DNA of 39,183 nucleotides from a virus (taxonomy: Duplodnaviria; Caudoviricetes). Under the pieces are notes generated by a model. It worked only from the letters and a program-made list of their open reading frames with translations. It was not told the DNA's origin and searched no databases. Both the position numbers and the translations under genes were made by a program. The stretch spans positions 1 to 39,183 of the IMG/VR virus record IMGVR_UViG_3300032332_001516. The stretch is one strand, 5' to 3'. Positions 15,722 to 23,974 of this stretch are shown piece by piece. Within the stretch, counting starts at the first letter, position 1, and the number at the start of each line of letters is the position of its first letter.

Positions 15722-16215
15722 CACCGTTTGAAGTCTTGATAGTGAAACCAATGTCCGTTACGGAACCAGGTCTTGAGATTCAATCCATAGTATTCAAATT
15801 GCTCGCGCCACTCAAAGAAGCTGGGTCCATGCGCACCGCTGTACATATTGGGTTCTCTACCATATAGATCTAGATGCTGCCAGCGTCCTATATCCCACTG
15901 GTATTGATGCACCATTTCGTGTGCCAGCACATTCATGAACCACTGGGCGCAAAACCATTTGTCATTGAGCTCGATATCGCACCATGATCCCGATGGCTGC
16001 TGTTCTGTATGCCAATAGCAGGTTCCCCAGGCTTTCCTGCCAGCTCGCACAGTTATCTTGGGTTTTTTCAATTGATTGTCAAAAACGTGTCGATTTATGA
16101 TCTTGTATGCGTAATTGATGTCATCGGTCCCAGGGCGAAATTGCTTGCGGCGCTGATAATGAATACCGGGCAGCGGACTTTCCATAATGGTTCTGATAGG
16201 ATTGGGTCGAGCCAT
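15718..16215 (-). CDS. SprT-like zinc metalloprotease
   Basis: INRHVFDNQL, VLAHEMVHQYQ (HExxH), downstream HGPSF; ATAAATA at 16221-16227. Confidence 0.8.
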   Translation of the reverse strand: MARPNPIRTIMESPLPGIHYQRRKQFRPGTDDINYAYKIINRHVFDNQLKKPKITVRAGRKAWGTCYWHTEQQPSGSWCDIELNDKWFCAQWFMNVLAHEMVHQYQWDIGRWQHLDLYGREPNMYSGAHGPSFFEWREQFEYYGLNLKTWFRNGHWFHYQDFKRC

Positions 16216-16277
16216 ACAAATATTTATTAGTACTGTTACAATCTGGTTAAATACAATATAACATTAAGGAGATATCA

Positions 16278-16610
16278 ATGTTCAAAGCAATCAAAGAGTT
16301 TTTCGTAGGTAAACCTGTAGAAACCCCAGCACCTTATAAAGTAGAAGCACCATGGACACATACCGAGGTCGCACCGGTAACAGCACCAATAGTTGCCGAA
16401 CCTGCTCCGGTTGTAGCCCAAGTTGCCGCAGTAACAGTGGAAACTGTTGCTACAATCGCTACAGTGGTAGCTGAGGGCTCTGCACCTGCTGCCGAAACTG
16501 CACCTGCTGCGAAACCAAAACGTGCTGCAAAGCCCATGGCACCTGCTGCTCCAAAAGCAACTGCGGCAAAGGCGCCCTCAAAGCCCAAAGCTAAATCAAA
16601 GAAGGCCTAA
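16278..16610 (+). CDS. Ala/Pro/Lys-rich low-complexity protein (histone H1-like tail)
   Basis: SD TAAGGAG; TAAATA at 16248-16253; tail AKPKRAAKP...KPKAKSKKA. Confidence 0.75.
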   Translation: MFKAIKEFFVGKPVETPAPYKVEAPWTHTEVAPVTAPIVAEPAPVVAQVAAVTVETVATIATVVAEGSAPAAETAPAAKPKRAAKPMAPAAPKATAAKAPSKPKAKSKKA

Positions 16611-17636
16611 TTGTTTAGCCTGCTCGTACAGTGCCGAGCTGGCTAAATTTTTACCTTTAGATTCGCACATGATGTCGAATCGATCTAAGAAGCTCAGAGC
16701 CCATACGTTTACTGCTGTATTCCAGTAGAAATCACTGTGGGCTCTGAGCTTCTGCTTTTTGTGTCCCGACTCTAACAGCATGGCATGATCTGGCATTACA
16801 CTAGTGACATGATCAACCAAATAATCTTCACGACTAACTGAATAATGCATAGTAGGGCGCAGACCACGCCAACTATCCACCACACGATCAACGCGACTAT
16901 CCGTTGGTGAGATATATTCCCCTTCGCGTATCCAGTGATGGTGTACATCGAGCACAATAGGAACGATATCGCTAATGCTAATGCAATCATCTAGTCCCCA
17001 TGCGTTTTCTTCGTTTTCGATTGTGATGCAATTTCTTGCTTCGGGGCTGAGTCGGGCATGTGCTCTTCGTATGCCATCAGGGCCTTCTTTACCTGATATG
17101 TGGACATTGATTTTAAGGTCCTGGAATCGTTGTCCGTAGCCCATCCAGCGAGCCATGTCTGCGTGGTATTCAAATTCTTCTATGCTCCTATCGACAATAC
17201 CAGGATTACTGCTAGCAAGAACAGTGAACTGCCCAGGATGAAAGCTAAGGCGTACACCACGGTTGCGAGCGATATCGCCAATAGATATAAAATGGCGCTC
17301 ACAATAGTCGCGAACATCACTGCGGCGCCAAAAATAACTCCAATCAGCTTGGGTATAAACAGGCAGCAGATCACTGCTAAGGCGAACCATCCTAAGATTC
17401 TCATCTAATTCTCCTACTCGATTTACTAGACGCTGTGTGGCTTCGATGTTTCGCACCATCAAATCCCACAGACGCTGTTCGGCTACATCACGTGTTTGTC
17501 GGTTCAACCAAGCACAGGTAGTTGTTCCGGTATTGTATTGCTTGCAATCGTCAGTGGCAACAATGCCTTCAACTTGCGAGGGATGATCGATCCATTTGCA
17601 TGCGAATCCTAAATTACCCAAGCGTCGAACAGTCAT
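16596..17636 (-). CDS. uvsE: UV damage repair endonuclease
   Basis: GFACK, MVRLSSDLLP, RLSFHPGQF, INVHISG, ITIENEE, VLDVHHH, RAHSD, DIMCESKGKNLA. Start set at ATG 17636, further from promoter 17668-17696 than the GTG at 17660. Confidence 0.92.
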   Translation of the reverse strand: MTVRRLGNLGFACKWIDHPSQVEGIVATDDCKQYNTGTTTCAWLNRQTRDVAEQRLWDLMVRNIEATQRLVNRVGELDENLRMVRLSSDLLPVYTQADWSYFWRRSDVRDYCERHFISIGDIARNRGVRLSFHPGQFTVLASSNPGIVDRSIEEFEYHADMARWMGYGQRFQDLKINVHISGKEGPDGIRRAHARLSPEARNCITIENEENAWGLDDCISISDIVPIVLDVHHHWIREGEYISPTDSRVDRVVDSWRGLRPTMHYSVSREDYLVDHVTSVMPDHAMLLESGHKKQKLRAHSDFYWNTAVNVWALSFLDRFDIMCESKGKNLASSALYEQAKQLGLL

Positions 17637-17667
17637 ATATTCATATCTATAATAAAGCACATACGCT

Positions 17668-17696
17668 ATTATAGCAGGAAAATATCAACGTGTCAA
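17668..17696 (-). promoter_or_regulatory. sigma70-type promoter for uvsE
   Basis: TTGACA (17691-17696), 17 bp, TATAAT (17668-17673). Confidence 0.85.
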
Positions 17697-17700
17697 GTAG

Positions 17701-18783
17701 TTATGCTGTGATGATGCCAAATTTGGCCCAACGTGCGCCGCCCAAACTGACCCAACCCACTGCGGTTCCAATTTCTGGGTGATTGTTCCAGACCACGCAG
17801 CCGGGAGCAGCATCGTTTCCGGGCGCTGCTGCTGCACTGGAATGATTTGAAGCGCCAATATTGATGTTGGTCACACTGACACTGCCATCGGGATTGATAG
17901 CTAGATTTTGTTGCTTGTTGGCCCCAAATATTAGAGTTTGATTTTTGGGCATGCTGATCTGTGCAGTGTCTTGGCGCAATTTGCTGATAGTGACTTCTAC
18001 TTCTTGATCCCAAAAATCAAACGCAGCTTCTGGGTCCATGGTGTTGATACCCACACGATTGTTGCTGACATAAATGGTCTCATCCAGTAGGGTTTCTCCT
18101 GTTACCTGTAGTTCTTTCAAGGCTCCCACAGTCTGTAGATTACTGTTCAATATGGTTGGTGCCAAGGTAGTGTCGGTAATGAAACTTTGCCCACCCTTGA
18201 CCTTGATTGCACCGGCTGGGATTCCCTTTTCCTGTATCTCATCTAGTACTTGATTGCGGAATGTGCTCAGCATACCATTGGCCATTTCACCATGGATGGC
18301 AGTGACGCTGGCAGCCAGTAGGTCTTTGAATACTTGGCTATCAGCAGGAATAGTACCACCCAGCTTCAAATCTCCAGTGATGGTGGCATTGGTGGCCACA
18401 TGCAATTCGTTTGCCACCAAGGTATTTTCGTATACTGTTGCTTGATCCAGTATGGTGACTTGGCACTGTGATGCCTTGTCCTGTATACCAGTACTTTCAA
18501 AATTTCTATGAGTTCCGGCAATGATACTTTCCGGACGGATGTACATGCCCTCGGGATTGATAGCAGTTCCAGGAACGCTGCGATCCGGGAAACTAAAAGT
18601 TTTAGGGCTGCTGGTCAGCACAGAATTGATATATTCACGTGATAGTGCGGCCACATCAATTCGTTTCAATTGTTCTTTGACCCCGTCGGTTACCAGTTGT
18701 TGTACCTGTTGGTTCAGTGCTTTGAGAAAATTATCGGTAATATTTTTTACCAGTACTGCTGTTGTATCGTTTATATTATCCAT
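17701..18783 (-). CDS. putative virion/tail-associated protein
   Basis: NSNLQTVGALKELQV, NRVGINT and C-terminal GCVVWNNHP...GWV...WAKFG, reminiscent of phage fibre proteins. Confidence 0.55.
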   Translation of the reverse strand: MDNINDTTAVLVKNITDNFLKALNQQVQQLVTDGVKEQLKRIDVAALSREYINSVLTSSPKTFSFPDRSVPGTAINPEGMYIRPESIIAGTHRNFESTGIQDKASQCQVTILDQATVYENTLVANELHVATNATITGDLKLGGTIPADSQVFKDLLAASVTAIHGEMANGMLSTFRNQVLDEIQEKGIPAGAIKVKGGQSFITDTTLAPTILNSNLQTVGALKELQVTGETLLDETIYVSNNRVGINTMDPEAAFDFWDQEVEVTISKLRQDTAQISMPKNQTLIFGANKQQNLAINPDGSVSVTNINIGASNHSSAAAAPGNDAAPGCVVWNNHPEIGTAVGWVSLGGARWAKFGIITA

Positions 18784-18790
18784 GTTGACC

Positions 18791-19510
18791 TCAAAATTTG
18801 ATAGATATGATGTGTTCGTAGTTCTTTTTTATCGTGCTGCGATACATGATATTTTTATGAACATAGAAATTTGCTGCTGCGTTGTCTAAACTGAATTTAG
18901 CCAATTGTTTAAAATACATGTTGCGTCTTGCAAACGGTCCATGCACTGTCGTCCCATTACTTATCTCATATACTGTGCTTTGATAGGCATTTCTATCAAC
19001 CATATCGTATTGATAGTGCTCGAGATATATCCTGTTGTGTTCCTCGCCCTGGATCTGTATGGGCTGGCTGAATTCTTTGTCTTTGAAATCTTGGTTCTTG
19101 TAATCCCGCAATGTGGTCACAATTACTTCCCTCACTGAGTTTGCCAGTTCCTGTACTAGATATTTTTGGTCTTCGTCACTGTCAGCAAACGTGAAGTATT
19201 CGTCGCAGGCAATGGCTATGTTGTTAGATTTAGGCATCATGTTGCCTAATTCAACAGTATCGTACACACAACCATGTTGAGTCAAATAGTCTTGTACTGT
19301 TGGGCTCACATGTGCTGCGCGGAACGGAGTCTTGCCCATGCCTAGCATCCATGGATTGAACCCAACGAACAACATGTCCTGGGTATCTAATCCATAGTAG
19401 TGTAGGATCTCGTCTAGTATGTTTTGTTTTTTAGACAATGCATCTGCAGATCGCTGATTGTCAACAAACCCGTTGAATAGGGCGTCGCTGTATTGTGTGA
19501 ATGATATCAT
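18791..19510 (-). CDS. hypothetical protein, possibly a degenerate class I methyltransferase fold
   Basis: MLFVGFNP...IACDEYFTF...Q...VIVTTLRDY order resembles Rossmann methyltransferase strands, but no intact GxGxG; ATAAATA at 19536-19542. Confidence 0.55.
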   Translation of the reverse strand: MISFTQYSDALFNGFVDNQRSADALSKKQNILDEILHYYGLDTQDMLFVGFNPWMLGMGKTPFRAAHVSPTVQDYLTQHGCVYDTVELGNMMPKSNNIAIACDEYFTFADSDEDQKYLVQELANSVREVIVTTLRDYKNQDFKDKEFSQPIQIQGEEHNRIYLEHYQYDMVDRNAYQSTVYEISNGTTVHGPFARRNMYFKQLAKFSLDNAAANFYVHKNIMYRSTIKKNYEHIISIKF

Positions 19511-19565
19511 TTGTTCTTATTGTGGATCTCATAGATATTTATGAGTAGCCAGCAACAAGAACCAG

Positions 19566-19871
19566 TTACACTGGTATTCGATCCAATACGACCTGGTAAA
19601 ATGTATCCAATTCACCACCAAATTTGCCCATTAGGTGGCCAATGGCTTCAGTGCAGTAGGCATAATTCTTTGCAGCCAACTCTTTTGTCATCTGCTGATG
19701 TAAGCGCCGGTGGTGCTCTAGTAAGGGCATATCTGCCAGACCAAGACTATCCCCGGGCACTACACAGAAGCACTCAGTGGGTGTTCCGTTGATATCTACG
19801 GTTTCTAGATCCAATACCAGATATCTTTTAGCCAATTCTTCGGCTGCTGCACGATGGAAAATTATGTTCAT
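19566..19871 (-). CDS. hypothetical protein
   Basis: 101 aa ORF starting 1 nt after the exonuclease stop. Confidence 0.7.
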   Translation of the reverse strand: MNIIFHRAAAEELAKRYLVLDLETVDINGTPTECFCVVPGDSLGLADMPLLEHHRRLHQQMTKELAAKNYAYCTEAIGHLMGKFGGELDTFYQVVLDRIPV

Positions 19872-19872
19872 G

Positions 19873-20415
19873 TTATCCGAATCTTGGGCGCAGTCCCAAG
19901 CGATTGTATACCTGCTGTACTGCTGTGGCCTGACTTACGCAATCTTCTAGTGCGTTATGCAAGCCCACTTTGCCCTTGACCCTGGGGTCACCGTGTGCTT
20001 TGAACAGGGTGCGACTGTCGCTGATTTGCCAGAATTGCCATGGAGTGGGCCAACCATATTGTTTGTAGAGATTCTCCAGTATGGCAATGTCAAACACAGG
20101 ACCTTGGCACCAGATGTTGTCTACCCCCACCAGGAATCGATTGAGTTGGCGGTACATGATTTCCACGCTGACCCTATCATCGGGCCCTAGTGCTTCCTCA
20201 CGCACATCCTCAGACTGCTGTAGCCACCACTCCAGCGTGTCGTCCTGTACTTCACGCCCACGCTCAATTTGCTCATCAGCATCAATGCGCAGATATAATC
20301 CGGGCCCGGGCTCTTTGAGAGAGTAAGGGTCAAATTTAACTGCACCCAAAGTGAGTATAACACAACCGGGCTGTGTGCCCAGTGTTTCTAAATCAAGCAT
20401 AACGTCAGTGGTCAT
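19873..20415 (-). CDS. DEDDh 3'-5' exonuclease (RNase AS/exonuclease VIII-like)
   Basis: VMLDLETLG (ExoI), WCQGPVFDIAIL (ExoII), DSRTL, HNALEDC (ExoIII). Confidence 0.9.
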   Translation of the reverse strand: MTTDVMLDLETLGTQPGCVILTLGAVKFDPYSLKEPGPGLYLRIDADEQIERGREVQDDTLEWWLQQSEDVREEALGPDDRVSVEIMYRQLNRFLVGVDNIWCQGPVFDIAILENLYKQYGWPTPWQFWQISDSRTLFKAHGDPRVKGKVGLHNALEDCVSQATAVQQVYNRLGLRPRFG

Positions 20416-20420
20416 GCTGT

Positions 20421-20449
20421 AGTGTACACTATTATTTGACTGCTGTCAA
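20421..20449 (-). promoter_or_regulatory. sigma70-type promoter, probably giving a leaderless mRNA
   Basis: TTGACA (20444-20449), 17 bp, TACACT (20421-20426); ATG lies 5 nt downstream with no SD. Confidence 0.6.
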
Positions 20450-20911
20450 GCGTTTTCGGCCTTCTGCTTCGGCTACACGTTTGCGTAGGCTGCTGCTACT
20501 GAATGAGTGATCTCGCCCATTATACACGATTTCAATCCCGCGCTTGGCGCAAATATCTTTACCTGTAAAATCTTTGTCTTTGTATTCTACACCCAGTATA
20601 CGTACATCAACTGGCAGGATCAACAAGAGATCTTCTACATCTTTTTCAGTTTGGTATATCACCACTTCGTCCACATTGCGATTGGTGCTCAACTGTATCT
20701 GTCGCTCCACGATGCTCTGTACCGGCGGGTTCTTGCTGTCGGGCCTATCAATAGTGGGATCGGTCTGTAGTGCTGCGATCAAGTAGTCACAGTGATTTTT
20801 AGCTTCACTCAGCATGGCAATATGGCCGGCATGCAGCAGGTCAAACGTGCTGAAGGTGATGCCAATCTTTAAGCCATCTCGCTTGAGTTCTTTTACTTTG
20901 TTGAATATCAT
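20432..20911 (-). CDS. TagD-like (glycerol-3-phosphate) cytidylyltransferase
   Basis: FSTFDLLHAGH (HxGH), ERQIQL, RDHSFSSSSLR; start reassigned to ATG 20911. Confidence 0.85.
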   Translation of the reverse strand: MIFNKVKELKRDGLKIGITFSTFDLLHAGHIAMLSEAKNHCDYLIAALQTDPTIDRPDSKNPPVQSIVERQIQLSTNRNVDEVVIYQTEKDVEDLLLILPVDVRILGVEYKDKDFTGKDICAKRGIEIVYNGRDHSFSSSSLRKRVAEAEGRKRLTAVK

Positions 20912-21081
20912 ACCACTTCTTCTACAATGCCTAGTATTTCTGCCAGTATGAATAACCAGCCCACCAATGGTAGACCTGCCATGATAAGTGCAGCGCCAGC
21001 ACCGACGCGCACAGCACTCTTTGCTACGCTGACATAAAAATGTCCTTTGCTGGTGTCTCGAGGTTGTACTTCTATTTCCAT
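20908..21081 (-). CDS. small membrane protein (57 aa)
   Basis: Hand-translated MEIEVQPRDTSKGHFYVSVAKSAVRVGAGAALIMAGLPLVGWLFILAEILGIVEEVV; TAATG overlap with clpS and ATGA overlap with the next gene. Confidence 0.75.
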   Translation of the reverse strand: MEIEVQPRDTSKGHFYVSVAKSAVRVGAGAALIMAGLPLVGWLFILAEILGIVEEVV

Positions 21082-21407
21082 TATTCATCTGCCTCTAGTT
21101 TAATTTCTAACGGAAATCCGTGTCTACGTGCCAGGAAACTGACTTCAATACCTTTTTGTTCTGCCAGTTCGTATGGCATAACTGAAACCACAGCAGATCC
21201 TTCTTCATGTACTTTTTGCGTAAGGGATTCGGCAACTTCTTGCGTGAGATTGAACACACTGACTAAACTTTCAACTACAAATTCAGCAGTAGTCACTTCG
21301 TCATTGATATAGATGACCTTGAACATGCTGGGTTCTTTGATGTTGAGTTTAGGCTCAATGCGTGGTTTGATCTGACTCTTGATCAGTACTTCGGTTGCTG
21401 TTGTCAT
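21081..21407 (-). CDS. clpS: Clp protease adaptor
   Basis: PSMFKVIYINDEVTTAEFVV...VHEEGSA...ELAEQK...ARRHGFPL aligns with the ClpS core. Confidence 0.9.
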   Translation of the reverse strand: MTTATEVLIKSQIKPRIEPKLNIKEPSMFKVIYINDEVTTAEFVVESLVSVFNLTQEVAESLTQKVHEEGSAVVSVMPYELAEQKGIEVSFLARRHGFPLEIKLEADE

Positions 21408-21418
21408 ATTTGTTCCTT

Positions 21419-21441
21419 AAAAGCGGGGATTGCTCCCCGCT
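21419..21441 (-). terminator. intrinsic terminator-like hairpin between hsp20 and clpS
   Basis: AGCGGGGA-GCAA-TCCCCGCT followed by TTT. Confidence 0.65.
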
Positions 21442-21452
21442 GTTGTATTTAA

Positions 21453-21908
21453 TTAATCGCCACCGGTGATAGCGATTTTGCGAGGCTTGAGTGCGTCAGG
21501 AACCACACGCTCAAGTTTGATACGCAGCATACCATTCTTGACCACAGCATCAACTACAATCAAGTAGCTGCCCAGTGTGAACTTGCGTTCAAAACTGCGC
21601 TGGCTAATGCCGTGATACAGATATGCAACTTCATTAGTGACCGCAGCTTTTTGACCAACAATGGTCAATATATCGCCCTCAACGCTGACATCAATGTCGC
21701 TGTATTCGAAGCCGGCCACAGCAAATTCAATTGCGTATTCATTTTCGTTATACTTGACGATGTTGTATGGGGGATAGTTGCTCTGACTGGTTTGTGCATC
21801 CTGCATACGCAAGATCTCATCAAACAGGCTCTCATATCCTATTGTAAACCTGGAAAGAGGTGCAGAAAGTGGCGCAAAATCAATACGCCCTACTGTTAGT
21901 TTTGTCAT
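21453..21908 (-). CDS. ibpA: small heat shock protein Hsp20 (IbpA-like)
   Basis: YPPYNIVK, IEFAVAGF, YLYHGISQRSFERKFTL, NGMLRIKL, PRKIAI. Confidence 0.93.
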   Translation of the reverse strand: MTKLTVGRIDFAPLSAPLSRFTIGYESLFDEILRMQDAQTSQSNYPPYNIVKYNENEYAIEFAVAGFEYSDIDVSVEGDILTIVGQKAAVTNEVAYLYHGISQRSFERKFTLGSYLIVVDAVVKNGMLRIKLERVVPDALKPRKIAITGGD

Positions 21909-21913
21909 ATTTT

Positions 21914-21981
21914 TCTCCTATTAAGCAAGATGACTGGTGTGGGGCCCAAAGGCGCCCCACGGGTTTGGCACACCATGTGCC
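21914..21981 (-). promoter_or_regulatory. ROSE-like RNA thermometer in the hsp20 5' UTR
   Basis: UCUUGCU-UAAU-AGGAGA (UUGCU pairs the SD with a bulged G), preceded by hairpins at 21939-21960 and 21967-21981. Confidence 0.7.
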
Positions 21982-21984
21982 TGT

Positions 21985-23886
21985 TTAGGCTCCGGGTTTG
22001 ACTTCCGTTGCCTGAACATCTACTGGACCATCAGCTGGTGCAGATTCTGCTGCTGACTTTTCGGCAGCTTCTGCATCCGACTTGGCCTTGGTCAGTGGAC
22101 CGTAAGCCTCGTACAAGGGTGGCATACATTTTTGCATAGCATCAACTGTGCCCACTGTGACGGCTTCTTTTAACTCCTTGATTCGATCTTCCAATTTGGT
22201 CTTTTCTTCTGGAGTCAATTTATCACCATGTGCTGCCAGGTCTTTTGACACTTCATTCAAGAGACCTTCGGACATGTTTTTCTGTTCAGCAATCTCTTTT
22301 TGCAGTTTGTCACTCTCGGCATTGAGTTCGGCGTCCTTGATCATGTCTTGGATTTCTGACTCGCTCAGCCCCGAATTGGCCTTGATGGTGATGTTGTTTT
22401 GCTTGCCGGTGTTCTTGTCTGCTGCACTGACCTTTAAGATACCGTTGGCATCAATGTCCAATGTAACTTCAATTTGCGGTTGCCCACGGCGTGCTGGTGG
22501 GATGCCATCAAGATTAAATTCACCCAGCATTTTATTGTACTGGAACATCTCGCGCTCGCCTTGTGCCACCTTGATGTTCACGCTGGGTTGCCCATCTTCG
22601 GCGGTGCTGAACACTTGGCTGTGTTTAGTAGGGATAGTGGTATTCTTGGTGATCAACTTGGTGAATACCCCGCCCAGGGTTTCGATACCCAAGCTCAGTG
22701 GAGTCACGTCCAGCAACAACACATCAGTACGTCCACCGCCTAGTACATCACCTTGGATAGCAGCACCAGCAGCCACTGCTTCGTCGGGGTTGACATCTTT
22801 GCGTGGGGTCTTGCCAAACAGCTTCTCTACAGTCTCCTGTACTTTGGGCATGCGTGTCATACCACCAACCAGGATGATCTCGTCGATGTCACCGGCTGTC
22901 ACTTTGGCATCTGACATGGCAGTACGGCAAGGCTCAATACTGCGCTGGATCAATTCATCAACCAAACTTTCCAACTTGGCACGTGTCAACTTGATATTCA
23001 TGTGCTTGGGACCGCTGGCATCGGCTGTGATGTAAGGCAAGTTGACATCAGTCTGTGCCGAACTTGACAGTTCAATCTTGGCTTTTTCCGCAGCTTCCTT
23101 CAGTCGTTGCAGTGCCAACATGTCTTTCTTAAGATCAACACCGTTGTCTTTCTTAAACTCGTCAACCAAGAAGTCCATGATGCGTTGGTCAAAGTCTTCA
23201 CCGCCCAGGAATGTATCACCGTTGGTACTCAGTACCTCAATTTGTTTATCGCCATCAACGTCGGCGATTTCGATGATGCTGACGTCAAATGTACCACCAC
23301 CCAAGTCATAAACTGCAATCTTGCGATCGCGCTTGTCTGCTTTGTCCATACCATAGGCCAGTGCAGCAGCAGTGGGTTCGTTGATGATACGCTTGACATC
23401 CAAGCCAGCGATGCGGCCTGCATCTTTGGTTGCCTGACGTTGACTGTCATTGAAGTAGGCCGGTACTGTGATAACTGCTTCTGTGACTTCGTGTCCCAGA
23501 TAGTCTTCGGCAGTCTTCTTCATCTTGCGCAAGACTTCTGCTGAGATTTGTGGAGGTGCCAATCGGTCATCGTTGGCTTCGATCCAAGCGTCTCCGTTGT
23601 CGGCTTGCACGATCTTGTAAGGCATCAAGTTGATGTCTTTTTGTACAGCCTGTTCTGTGAACTTGCGCCCAATTAGGCGCTTGCTGGCATAGATTGTATT
23701 TTTGGGGTTTGTAACTGCCTGACGCTTGGCGCTGGCACCTACTAAGATTTCACCATTGGCATAAGCCACGATACTGGGAGTAGTCCTAGCACCTTCGCTG
23801 TTTTCAATGATTTTGGGGATGCCGTTTTCGATTACGGCCACGCATGAATTTGTGGTACCTAGGTCGATACCGATGATTTTGCTCAT
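21985..23886 (-). CDS. dnaK: Hsp70 chaperone
   Basis: [54 protein letters not shown]; 633 aa. Confidence 0.98.
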   Translation of the reverse strand: MSKIIGIDLGTTNSCVAVIENGIPKIIENSEGARTTPSIVAYANGEILVGASAKRQAVTNPKNTIYASKRLIGRKFTEQAVQKDINLMPYKIVQADNGDAWIEANDDRLAPPQISAEVLRKMKKTAEDYLGHEVTEAVITVPAYFNDSQRQATKDAGRIAGLDVKRIINEPTAAALAYGMDKADKRDRKIAVYDLGGGTFDVSIIEIADVDGDKQIEVLSTNGDTFLGGEDFDQRIMDFLVDEFKKDNGVDLKKDMLALQRLKEAAEKAKIELSSSAQTDVNLPYITADASGPKHMNIKLTRAKLESLVDELIQRSIEPCRTAMSDAKVTAGDIDEIILVGGMTRMPKVQETVEKLFGKTPRKDVNPDEAVAAGAAIQGDVLGGGRTDVLLLDVTPLSLGIETLGGVFTKLITKNTTIPTKHSQVFSTAEDGQPSVNIKVAQGEREMFQYNKMLGEFNLDGIPPARRGQPQIEVTLDIDANGILKVSAADKNTGKQNNITIKANSGLSESEIQDMIKDAELNAESDKLQKEIAEQKNMSEGLLNEVSKDLAAHGDKLTPEEKTKLEDRIKELKEAVTVGTVDAMQKCMPPLYEAYGPLTKAKSDAEAAEKSAAESAPADGPVDVQATEVKPGA

Positions 23887-23889
23887 AAT

Positions 23890-23942
23890 TTCTCCTTAGT
23901 TAAGCAAGAATATGTAAGACCCCACCCGGGCATCCTACACAT
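23890..23942 (-). promoter_or_regulatory. ROSE-like RNA thermometer in the dnaK 5' UTR
   Basis: UUCUUGCUU-AACU-AAGGAGAA hairpin with bulged G, preceded by a long hairpin at about 23912-23942. Confidence 0.65.
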
Positions 23943-23943
23943 G

Positions 23944-23974
23944 TATTTATACACGATCCGTCAACTCTTGTCAA
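23944..23974 (-). promoter_or_regulatory. overlapping late (TATAAATA) and possible sigma70 promoter for dnaK
   Basis: TATAAATA at 23944-23951; TTGACA at 23969-23974 is 17 bp from TATAAA. Confidence 0.7.

Noticed and set aside
20912-21088. N-terminal extension of the 218-aa ORF 20432..21088
   Set aside because: The region is better explained by a coupled 57-aa ORF in another frame; TagD-like similarity begins near 20911.
22148-23544. Long + strand ORFs antisense to dnaK
   Set aside because: Antisense frames opposite hsp70 genes are a known codon-bias artefact; no expression signals seen.
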